Shown here piece by piece: positions 43,521 to 53,742 of a DNA stretch of 64,000 nucleotides. The notes beneath the pieces were generated by a model. The model did not search any database, was not told the origin of the DNA, and saw nothing but the letters and a program-made list of their open reading frames with translations. Each line of letters opens with the position of its first letter. Position 1 is the first letter of the stretch. Source of the DNA: an uncultured Thermoplasmata archaeon (GTDB lineage Archaea > Thermoplasmatota > Thermoplasmata > RBG-16-68-12); NCBI GenBank assembly GCA_963768855.1, contig CAVYJM010000006.1:64001-128000 (forward strand), in the 5' to 3' direction. Position numbers and translations under genes: made by a program.

Positions 43521-44197
43521 CTTGCGGAAAGTGCTTGTGTTCTTTACCCCGCCCCATAATACCAGAGTTTCGCGAGGCGCAAGAAATTCGTGCAAATACG
43601 GTAAGCGGCGGCGCGCTCCGCACCCTCGGCAAGGGCTCGCGGCGGCGTTGCCGGTAATACTCGAACATCCAGGGGCAACCCTCGGATTAATCGCGCCTTA
43701 ACCTCGTTCGGGCAGCGAAACCGGCTTTTTTGTAAACGTGGCATCCAGCCAAAAACGCGAAAAGATTCGCAAAAAGCGGCGAGCGGCAGTTCCACCACGA
43801 TGTCCATGGACGCCGGCATGCGGGGAAATTGGGTCTCTTTATTGTCGCGGCAGCCAGTGCGGGCATCCTGTGGAAGGCTCTGCTGCGCGCTCCCATGCTG
43901 TTGCTGCAAAGCCACCTTGTGGCGACCCGCTGCCGTGGCGATTCACCAAGGCAGCGGCCACTTGATCGCCGGTCGCATGGCCGGCGTGGGCGGCGTGTCC
44001 CACCGCACGTGGTAGATTTATCACGGTTTACGATCCATTAGATAAAATGTGGAAAAGATGAATTCTTAAATTGTAGCGAATCTCTTACAGCCCTACAGGC
44101 CACAACCTAAGCGTGCATATAGATTGCAGCTCGGGAGACGGCAACTGGAAACCATGCAACCGGGCGCCTAGTCACTGGGCGCAGAGGGAGACTATTA

Positions 44198-44560
44198 ATG
44201 AAAATTATCAGCATACTGACGGCTGCCGCCGTTTCCGTGCTTCTTGCCGCGCCGGCGTTTGCAACCGGTACTGGCCACGCTGATTGTGAACATCAGAGTT
44301 CAAACCCCGACGTGCCACGGCACCTGCACGACTGGCGGCGCGACCGGTACCGCGACCGCCGCAGGTGACACAACGGCCATTGCTTACAGCCACCAGTTCT
44401 TCACCGGCACCTCGACAACCGATGCTAACAAGCAACACGTCAACCGTGGACGGTTCACTCCCATTCAAACGGAACCGCGGCGGGTGAAGACGGCATCGTT
44501 AGCGCGGGTGGCTCGGTTGTCGGCGGCAGCGGCGCCAGCTACCACGTTGGCGCCGAATAG
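44198..44560 (+). CDS. Secreted Gly/Thr/Ser-rich protein (~120 aa, several indels)
   Basis: GAGGGAG RBS; signal MKIISILTAAAVSVLLAAPAFA; mature part pieced together: ATLIVNIRVQTPTCHGTCTTGGATGTATAAGDTTA...SNGTAAGEDGIVSAGGSVVGGSGASYHVGAE*. Confidence 0.6.
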
Positions 44561-44694
44561 GTTCAGGCGCTTGGGCTGCCAGCTCCGGGCTTTTCGCCGA
44601 AAGGCCGGAGCTGGGATGTATCTCTGAGCTGCTGCTGCTGCTGCGCAGGAACACGCACCTTGATGGAAGCATTCGATTTGACGGCGAGGGTGGG

Positions 44695-45291
44695 ATGAGC
44701 GAATCGCGGAGACCTGTTTATTTCGGAGCCGCACTATTTGGGCTTGCAATGTTTGCGGCCGGTCCAGCTCTTGCCGGAGGCGGCAGCGGTTTCCAATTGC
44801 CGGATTTGGTGCCGGGCACGGAGCCGGTGCAAAGCTCCGGAGCAAGCGGCGCGTTGGGCACGGGCTTCGGAACAACTTATAGCTGGGCGGCCGAAACCGT
44901 CGATGTGCACTCCTCCAGCTATTCCTTTTACGGCACGGTCGAGGCCAACGGGGTGGCGAGCAACACCCCCGCTGGCGTGGGAAGCGCCGTGGCCGCTGGC
45001 GGTTACGGAGTTGCGGCGGAGAACGGAAACACCCCAATCAGCGTGACGAGCACAAATTTCTCGGAGACGTTTGCGAAGGGGGCCTTCAGCATCTCTCTGG
45101 GCGAGGCTTCTCTCTATGCGACGGTCACGGTGAACGGACGCCAGTATCTCGTCGCGAAGGAGCTAGCGGTAGCGCTGTCGCGCGGCACGCCATCGGGCAC
45201 GTCGGCCTCCACCTATGTGAGCGCCACTTCTCCGGATGGCGGGTCTTATTCGACAACTCAGGTCATCGTCACAAAGAGCGGAAGCCACTGA
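44695..45291 (+). CDS. Secreted Gly/Ser/Thr-rich beta-type protein
   Basis: Signal ..LFGLAMFAAGPALA; alternating small/aromatic residue strands; intact 198 aa. Confidence 0.7.
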   Translation: MSESRRPVYFGAALFGLAMFAAGPALAGGGSGFQLPDLVPGTEPVQSSGASGALGTGFGTTYSWAAETVDVHSSSYSFYGTVEANGVASNTPAGVGSAVAAGGYGVAAENGNTPISVTSTNFSETFAKGAFSISLGEASLYATVTVNGRQYLVAKELAVALSRGTPSGTSASTYVSATSPDGGSYSTTQVIVTKSGSH

Positions 45292-45362
45292 GGCACGTCC
45301 GCCACGAGTAGCGGCGCGAAGCCGGAAGGCCGCGCCGGCGTCAACCTGGAAACGGCAGTGGC

Positions 45363-45452
45363 GTCGTCCCCGCGAAGGCGAGGACCCAGGGTAAACATAT
45401 ACAGAGACGGTATTTTTTGGCTGGCATGGATTCCCGCCCGCGCGGGAATGAC
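45363..45452. repeat. GTCATTCCCGCG-type REP doublet
   Basis: GTCGTCCCCGCGAAGGCGAGGACCCA...TGGATTCCCGCCCGCGCGGGAATGAC. Confidence 0.8.
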
Positions 45453-45575
45453 GCGCGTGCGCCATGTCTGTCACCTTTCACCTGGCAGGTGAAAGGGGCA
45501 ACAACCGCTAGCACGTTGTTTCGCCGGACATTCTCTTGTTCTGGCCAGTTCAACTGCCGGATTTGGGTATAACCA

Positions 45576-48025
45576 ATGGGGGAGCAAATGGGGCGTTCGT
45601 TATTCGGCTTGACGGCGGCTTTGGCCGCGGCTTCGGCCTTGCAGCCGGCGGCAGCGCAAAATGCACAGCCCGCCAATGTTTACCAGCCGTGGGATGCCAC
45701 GCTCTCCGCGTCATCGTATCCCGTCACGGCGGGACGATGGAATTCCGGGGTCGTGGGGCCATGGAATTCTGGGGCCATAGGGCCGTGGGCCACCAGCGCC
45801 AGCGAGATGTGGCGCACGCAAACCGAAGCGCCCGCACCCGTGGGATTCGAGCCGGTTCCCGGCATCACTTTCGTGCCGAAGGCATTCAGCGAGACTGGTT
45901 ACGATACCAATCCCGCCCAGAGCCTGTCCGATGCGAAAGGGTCGGCATTCGGCCGCACCGGCGCGGGATTCAATTTGAGTTCGGTGAGTCCGGGCACGAT
46001 TGCCTCGCTGAATGCCGCGGGCAGCTTCCTCGATTATCTCAACGATGCCGCGTTCGCCAATTCCACGCGCTACGCGGGCTCCGCAAATACGAGTATCACC
46101 TATCTCGTCCGGCCGGGTGTGACCGTGTCGTCCGGCGCGTTCATCACCTACGATGGCGAAAGCGCAAACAAGACCCAGTCGGATGGGGCAACTGCCGAGC
46201 TTGCCTATGGAGGCAGTCTCGTTGCCAGCAGTTTGCGTTTGTCCTTCAAGCAGGTGGAGTATCTTAACGGCGAGGGCGTGGCCAACGATCCGCTAGTTCT
46301 GAGTTCCGCCTACAATTACAGCCGCAGCGATATTACCTGGGTGGGCTTGCTTGGCCGCGGCTGGGCTGCCTCGCCCTATGTGGAGGTGAGCGGCGCGCGC
46401 GTCGATTATACGGACCAGAGCGACCCTGCCGCGGTGGACCGCAGCGCGAACGACTATCACGCCAAGGCGGGCCTGCGCTTGCACCTTTCCCCAGAGCTTA
46501 CCACCGATGTTGGCTGGCGCGTCAATTGGCGCGACACCGAAGATCGGCAGGTGGGCAGCTACGACTTTAACGGTTTCGACGGCAGCTTGACTTGGCGGCC
46601 CTCGCCCTTCTTCAACCTTACCGCCGCCGCGGAAAGGTATATCGGCGAGCCGTCCACGAGCATGGGGGTTCTTGCCGATGTGCGCTCCTACAGCGTCAAG
46701 GCGGGCTATCTGCCAGTGCCCGGAGTGACGGTCAGCGCGGCGGCAGGCTGGCAGATCGCCACGGATATCGGCAGTGGCGCCGCCTATCGGATGGATTATG
46801 CCGGCGCTCAGTTTACATGGGATTACAGTAGTCACGTGCAATTCTACACGACGGCGAATTACCAAACCTACGATATCAAGTGGCAGGATTCCGGTTACAA
46901 CGAACTGCGCGTCGCGTCGGGCGTGCGTATCATTCCCGATGGCCAGGCTTTGTTCACTGGCGAAAGCGTCCAAAGCTTGATTGAGCGGCTCGGTTTTCGC
47001 CAGGCACGCCCTCAGGCTCGCAGCTCAGCGTTTCAACCGGCTATTCCTGGTTCGGGCTGCCCGATATGAAGATGGTCACGGTTATGAGCCCGCCAGTGGC
47101 TGGCCCCGGCACGATGCCGAGCCAGGCCCTCCGGCAGCAGACGAACGCCAGCAACGCGGATGGCCTGCGGACGGACCTGCGCTTGGCCAATTTCGCGGAA
47201 GGGGCTTTGCCGGATGGACGCCTGCTGAGCTTCGGCCTGTCGGGCTTCTACGCCAATTACCAAAGCGGCACTCATACGCATTGCATGTACACGGTCACAA
47301 CGGACTGCGCGATTGTGAATATCGTCGACTTCAGCTCCACGCAGCCTAATAACACGGGGCTTGGCGGCGAACTCAACGTAACGGTGCACAGGAACGTGGA
47401 TTATTACGGAACCGCGGTGGATGTGCGCTGGGGCGACTGGGCGGGCGGCGGCCAGAAGGATGGCCCTCGGGCAGAAGCGCTTTCTCCGTTCAGGCTGGGC
47501 GTGGCGATGCGCGGCATCTCAGAGACGGCGAATTTGACCTCCGTCGATCCGCAGGTGAGCGCCCCGGCAAAGTACAAGGAAAGCCTGGACACGCAGTATT
47601 ACGGCGGCTTTGCGGGGTTCGAGCACGAGCATAGGCTAGGCGATGGCTGGAGTGTCCACTTGGATGCCACCGCAGGCGTGTATTACACGACAGTCGACTA
47701 TCAAGGCCGCTATACGGGCTACACGCTCTTGATCCCCACCGGTTACTTCGAGGAATATGGGAGCGTCAATTCCGGGCTTGAGCGGGCCTCGTTCATTGGC
47801 AGCGTCCGGCTGGATCTGAAGCAGCAGCTGGGCTGGGGCGCAATCGGACTATACGGCCAGGGCGAGTATTTGAGCTACGTTCCGCGCATCGCCTATAACA
47901 ATAACGATCAGGCCAGCGGCTATCTGCTCGGCGGAGTTAACGGCACGCAGACCGGCACGCGGATTGCATCCGGCGATGCGTTCAACTTCACGGCGGGATT
48001 GAATGTTTCAGTGCCGGTGAATTAG
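45576..48025 (+). CDS. Large outer-membrane beta-barrel protein, probably one ~815-aa ORF with two barrel-like regions (indel near 46995)
   Basis: Signal peptide; amphipathic aromatic strands; the frame of 47066 continues upstream as SPGTPSGSQLSVSTGYSWFGLPDMK. Confidence 0.7.
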
Positions 48026-48269
48026 AGCGCGGGTAACGCAAGCGCGGTATCTTGGCTCGAAGCTTGCAAAGACCGATATGTACTTGGCTAGAGCGGGATC
48101 GGCCGCGACGGAATTGCTTGGCATCGCCGGCCCGGAACCGGCTCTGCCGATATCCGGGCTGTTACCAACGCCGGCATGCGTTGCGATCCCGGATAGCGAG
48201 CATCACGTCCGATTATGCTTCAGGATGCCAGCGCGGTGAGTAAGTTGGAAAGCGGATCTCACATTAGCC

Positions 48270-51200
48270 TATCGGGCTCCCTCGGCGAAAACCTCCGGAC
48301 GTGCCGCCATCGCGGCGGCATACCGGACGCCGGAGCCAGTTTGCGTGCCGCCGCTGATCGGGGAAGCGCGCATGGACCCCGCCGCATCGGCGAGCGTGGG
48401 GCGGCTTGCGGCCGGGCTGATAGCCAAAGTCCGCGGCGGGCGCACGCACATGTTTGGCGTCGAAGCGCTGATGAAGGAGTTCGCGCTTTCGAGCCAGGAA
48501 GGCGTGGCGCTGATGTGCCTGGCCGAGGCGCTGCTGCGCATCCCCGACGCGCATACGCGCGACCTTCTGATCCGCGACAAGATCAGCCACGGCGACTGGG
48601 GCGCGCATGTGGGCGCCAGCCCATCATGGTTCGTCAACGCGTCAGCCTGGGGCTTGCTCATCACCGGCAAGCTCGTCGCCACCCATAGCGAGGCGGGCAT
48701 GGCGGCAGCGCTTGGCCGCGCGCTCGCCAGGGGCGGCGAGCCGGTGATCCGGCAGGCGTGGACATGGCGATGCGCCTGCTGGGCGAGCAGTTCGTGACCG
48801 GCCAGACCATCGAGGAGGCGCTGCAGCATGCGCGGCCGCTCGAGGCGCGCGGTTTCTGCTACTCCTACGACATGCTGGGCGAAGCGGCGATCACGGCGGA
48901 GGATGCCGCGCGTTACTGCGCGTCCTACGAGCACGCGATCCACGCCATCGGCGCATACCGGCGCGGCAGCGACGATATACGAGGCGCCCGGCATCTCGGT
49001 CAAGCTGTCGGCGCTGCATCCGCGCTACAGCTGCGCGCAAGCGAGGCCGGGTGATGGACGAGCTCTATCCGCGGCTCTTGAACGCTTGCGCTGCTCGCCA
49101 GCCGGTACGACATCGGCTTCAACATCGACGCCGAGGAGGCCGACCGGCTGGAGCTCTCGCTCGACCTGCTGGAAGCGCTGTGCGCCGATCCGGCGCTCGG
49201 CGGGCTGGAACGGCTCGGCTTCGTCGTGCAGGCCTACCAGAAGCGCGCGCCCTGCGTGATCGACTGTCTGATCGATCGCTGGCGCGAGCGCAAGCCGGCG
49301 GCTCATGGTCCGGCTGGTCAAGGGCGCCTATTGGGACAGCGAGATCAAGCGCGCGCAGGTCGACGGGCTGGACGGCTACCCGGTCTTCACGCGCAAGGCC
49401 TACACCGATGTGTCCTACCTCGCCTGCGCCAAGCGGCTGCTCGCCGCGCGCGACGCGGTCTTCCCGCAGTTCGCCACCCACAACGCGCAGACGCTGTCGG
49501 CCGTCTATCAGATGGCCGGAGCGGAACTTCTACGGCCGGCGAGTACGAGTTCCAGTGCCTGCACGGCATGGGCGAGCCGCTCTACGAGCAAGTCGTCGGC
49601 GCCGGGCAAGCTCGAACCGGCCCTGCCGCATCTACGCGCCGGTCGGCACGCACGAGACGCTGCTCGCCTATCTGGTGCGCCGGCTGCTGGAGAACGGCGC
49701 CAACACCTCCTTCGTTCATCAGCTCGCCGACGAGAAAACGCCCATCGCCGATCTCACCGCCGATCCGGCCCTGGAGGCGGCCAAATATGGGGGCGCGCCG
49801 CATCCAGCTATCGTGCTGCCGCACGATTTGTTCGGCGAAGAGCGCAGGAATTCGACGGGGCTCGATCTTTCCGATGCGCAAGTGCGCGAGAAGCTGGAAC
49901 GCGCCATCGAGGACAGCCGGGCGGCGGATTTGGAAGCCGGGCCAATTATTTTCGCTCCGCTGCTGCCGGCGCCGCGGCCGAAAGGCAGGTCGTCAATCCA
50001 GCAAACCATGCCGACATCGTGGGCTATGTCTCGGATGCCAGCGCGCTTGGCATCGAGGACGCAATGGCTGCCGCAACGGCATCTGCCCCGAAATGGGCGC
50101 GGACTGCCGCCGCGGAGCGCGCCGCAATGCTGGAGCGGGGCGGCGGACCTGCTGGAGCATTCCATGGAGCGGCTTTGCGAGCTGATCGTGCGCGAGGCGG
50201 GCCAGACCATGCCCAACGCCATTTCGGAGGTGCGCGAGGCCGTCGACTTCCTGCGCTATTACGCAGGCCAGGCCCGCGCGCTAGAGCCGGGCCATGAGCC
50301 GCTTGGGCCGGTGGTCTGCATCAGCCCGTGGAACTTTCCGCTGGCGATCTTCACCGGCCAGATCGCGGCGGCGCTCGCGGCGGGAAACCCGGTGCTCGCC
50401 AAGCCGGCGGAGCAGACGCCGCTGATCGCCGCGCAAGCCGTGCGCCTGCTGCACGAGGCCGGCGTGCCGCGCGATGTCTTGCAGCTTCTTCCGGGAGCGG
50501 GAGAGGTCGGGGCGGCGCTCGTCGCCGATCCGGGCACGAAGGCCGTGCTGTTCACCGGCTCGACCGAGGTTGCGCGCCACATCCAGGCAGCGCTCGCCGG
50601 AGCGCGGCAACATTCCCTTCATCGCCGAGACCGGCGGCCAGAACGCGATGATCGTCGACTCCTCCGCACTGCCGGAGCAGGTGGTTGGCGACGTGCTGGC
50701 CTCCGCCTTCGACTCCGCCGGCCAGCGCTGCTCGGCGCTGCGCGTCCTCTGCCTGCAGGAAACAATCGCGGATCGCGTCATTGGCATGCTCAAGGGCGCG
50801 ATGGCGGAGCTCTACGTTGGCGATCCGGCGAAGCTCGAAACGGATGTCGGGCCGGTGATCGATGCGGAGGCGCAGGCGGCGCTCAAGTCCTACATCGCCG
50901 CGCACAAGACGCATATTCTGTTTCAAGCGCCGCTTCCGGCGGAATGCGCGGGCGGGACATTCGTCGCGCCAACGCTGCTCGAAATCGGCTCCATCGGCGA
51001 GCTGAAACGCGAGGTGTTCGGGCCGATGCTGCATGTGCTTCGCTTCAAGCGCAGCGAGCTGGCGCGCCTCGTAAAGGAGATCGATGCCACCGGCTACGGC
51101 CTCACGCTCGGCATTCACTCGCGCATCGACGAAACCATCGATTTCATCGCGGCCCGCGCCAATGCCGGGAACATCTATGTGAACCGGAACATGATCGGCG

Positions 51201-51898
51201 CGGTGGTGGGCGTGCAGCCTTTCGGCGGCGAGGGGCTGTCGGGAACCGGGCCCAAGGCTGGCGGGCCGCTCACGCTGCACCGGCTGCTGCGGAAAGGTCC
51301 GCCGCCGAAGCTCCAGGGCGCGCGGGATGAGACGAAGCTCGATGCTCTGCGGATTTTCAAGGCGTGGATCGAGGCTGGCGCGGGCCGCCTGCTCAAGGCC
51401 GGCGAGCGCACCCGGCTTGGCGAGTTCCTCAGGCTTTACCTCGAAACCTCGCCCGCCGGCCTGGAAATGCTGCTGCCCGGCCCCGTGGGCGAGGAAAACC
51501 GGCTTCTTCTCCTGCCACGCGGCCGCGTGCTTGGGATCGCGGGCACGGCATTCGAGGCATTGCATCAGTTCGGCGCGGCGCTGGCCAGCGGAAACCGCTT
51601 TGTCCTGGCTGGCACCGAAGGCTTGCGCACCTTGCGCGAGCTGCTGCCCGCCGCCTTGCAGCCGCATATCGAATTCACGGGCGATTGGGAGAAAGCCGGA
51701 TTCGATGCCGTTCTCCTCTCCGGTGATGCGAGGATTGGCGAGGTAGCGCGCGCGCTTGCCGGCCGTCCCGGCCCCATCGTCCAGATTGTGTGCGGCGCAC
51801 CTGAGTTCCGCCTGTTCCGGCTCATCAAGGAGAAGTGCGTCTCCGTCAACACCGCCGCCGCCGGCGGCAATGCCAGCCTGATGACCATCGGCAAGTGA
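48270..51898 (+). CDS. putA: Bifunctional proline dehydrogenase/P5C dehydrogenase, many indels
   Basis: LSSQEGVALMCLAEALLRIPD; SYDMLGEAA; RLVKGAYWDSEIK; CISPWNFPLAIF; AFDSAGQRCSA; GTGPKAGGP; start approximate. Confidence 0.93.
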
Positions 51899-51904
51899 GG
51901 AAGT

Positions 51905-51997
51905 CCCCCTCACTCTGTCTCTCTCCCAGCGGGGAGAGACCCCAGAATTATCCACTCAACTTGACCGGAGGGCCGCAGCCAACTTCCTCTCCCATCC
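51905..51997. repeat. Degenerate REP-like hairpin
   Basis: CCCCTCACTCTGTCTCTCTCCCAGCGGGGAGAG with a truncated second arm. Confidence 0.55.
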
Positions 51998-52247
51998 GCA
52001 TCCGCTTGCGGGATACGTCAGCCGCACTTGCGTCTCCGCAGCATAAAATGCAACCAATAGTGTATGTCGCGAGTATTATATAAGAAAGTCCAAGCCAAAC
52101 TCCGGATGACGGCATTAATTATTACACAATAATGCTTGTGTATGGTATATTCTTGGGCGTTTCAGCTGTACATTGTAGTTCCAGAGGGAACCCGGCGTAC
52201 AAGGCTGAACTTAGTTCGCTTCCTTTCGTGAAGCGGGGAGATGTGGA

Positions 52248-52864
52248 ATGAGTAGGTTGGGTGTAATGCTCTTCGCCATGGGTGCGGTTTCGCTGTCCCC
52301 GCTGGCAGGCACGGAGACGGCAAGCGCCGGGGTTTTTCGGCCCGCGATTGCGGCATTGGAAGCAGGTGCCGCGGATTCCGCTATAACGCAGGTGCAGTAT
52401 TGGCGTGATGGCTACGGTGGTGGCGGCGGTCCCTGGGGCGGGGGGTATAACGGTTGGAACGGAGGCTGGGGGGAATAACGGCTGGAATGGAGGCTGGCGC
52501 GGCGGCTGGGGGAATAGCGGCTGGAACGGAGGCTGGCGCGGCGGCTGGGGATGGAACAACCCAGGTTATTATGGCGCCGGTTATGGCGGCGGGTTCCTCA
52601 TGCGGCGGCTGCGGCGGCGGAGGATGCTGCGATCCGCTCCCGCCTCCTCCACCACCCCCTCCTTGCTGCGGCAACAACCAGCCGTTCATCGTGCCTGTTC
52701 CGGTCGCCACCCCCGTCCCGTACCCCATTCCCTACCCGGTGGCGGCCGCTCAAATAGCTTGGCTAAAGGTGCAGGCGCCAGCCGTCATCCGGTGTCTGCG
52801 CACTCGTCCTCCGCGGAATGGCACGTATGGCGCTAGACACCATATTGATACGTATGGTATCTAA
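52248..52864 (+). CDS. Secreted Gly/Trp-repeat, Cys- and Pro-rich protein (homopolymer indels; may end near 52756)
   Basis: Signal peptide, ITQVQYW, (N/S)GWNGGWRGGWG tandem repeats, CGGCGGGGCC, poly-Pro, VPVPVATPVPYP. Confidence 0.7.
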
Positions 52865-52870
52865 CGCCAT

Positions 52871-53159
52871 ATGAAGGCTAGGCGTATCTTCTACGACCGC
52901 ATGGATTATTCCGATGGGGACATCCTGGAGATGACCATTTGGAAGCTTTCCGCGCCTGTCCAGGGGAGCGCACACCAGCTGAAATACAGCCTGTTTTACG
53001 GCCGGCCTGGCATGCGGCGTGGTGGGCTACGACAACGAGCGGGGGAAGGGCGATCATCGCCACTTCGAGGGCCGCGAGGAACCATACATTTTCACAACAC
53101 CGGAGGCCCTTATCGAGGACTTCCTGGCGGATGTGAAGAAACTGCGAGGTGAATTATGA
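52871..53159 (+). CDS. DUF6516/TumE-type toxin (one indel near 53015)
   Basis: EMTIWKL..PV.GS.H.LKYSLFYG...VVGYDNERGKGDHRH...YIFTT.E.LIEDF; ATGA overlap with the next gene. Confidence 0.75.
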
Positions 53160-53503
53160 GCGAAAACGTCCGCGTCCACATTGGCACGCCCGGGGATATG
53201 GGGCAGCGCTTTGCCGATGCGTGGCACCGGGCCGAGCGTGGCGAGACGGTTGACGAAACCAATGTCACCTTCCGCGATCTGGAAACGATGCTTTCGGCAT
53301 TAACGCCCAAACGCCTGCAACTGCTGCGTTACGTTCGCCGTCATGAGGTCCGTAACGTCAAGGCGCTGGCGGCCGGGCTGCAGCGGAATTACAAGAACGT
53401 CCATAAGGATGTGGAGGAGCTTTCGAAGCTGGGGCTCCTATCCCGGACGCCTGACCGGGTCGTGGCCCCCTATGCTGAGGTGGATGCCCGGTTTGTGCTT
53501 TAA
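53156..53503 (+). CDS. HVO_A0114-like winged-helix antitoxin
   Basis: LTPKRLQLL......VKALA..LQRNYKNVHKDV..L.KLGL. Confidence 0.8.
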   Translation: MSENVRVHIGTPGDMGQRFADAWHRAERGETVDETNVTFRDLETMLSALTPKRLQLLRYVRRHEVRNVKALAAGLQRNYKNVHKDVEELSKLGLLSRTPDRVVAPYAEVDARFVL

Positions 53504-53527
53504 ACTTGGCTGAGTAGTTCCGTGACC

Positions 53528-53639
53528 GTCATCCCGAAACGGCGCTTGCGCCGTATCCGGGATCGTCACGAACGCCGGCGCCCTTTAAGATCCCATGTCC
53601 GCGCAGTGTCATTTCATGGCGCGGCGCGCACGGGATGAC
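53528..53639. repeat. GTCATCCCG-type palindromic repeat
   Basis: GTCATCCCGAAACGGCGCTTGCGCCGTATCCGGGATC...GGGATGAC. Confidence 0.75.
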
Positions 53640-53742
53640 ATCCGCGGAAGTGCGCGGCGGGAGGGGATTGCATGCGGAAACGTTTGCATCGGCCGCAAAA
53701 CTTGCCCAAATCAGCGCAGGCAACAGGCAAACGCGCGGGCGC

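Noticed and set aside
44080-44190. c-di-GMP riboswitch upstream of the secreted-protein locus
   Set aside because: No recognisable GEMM core; only short stems.
52450-52560. Tandem ~33-bp repeats as a CRISPR array
   Set aside because: No unique spacers and no cas genes; the repeats encode Gly/Trp peptide repeats.
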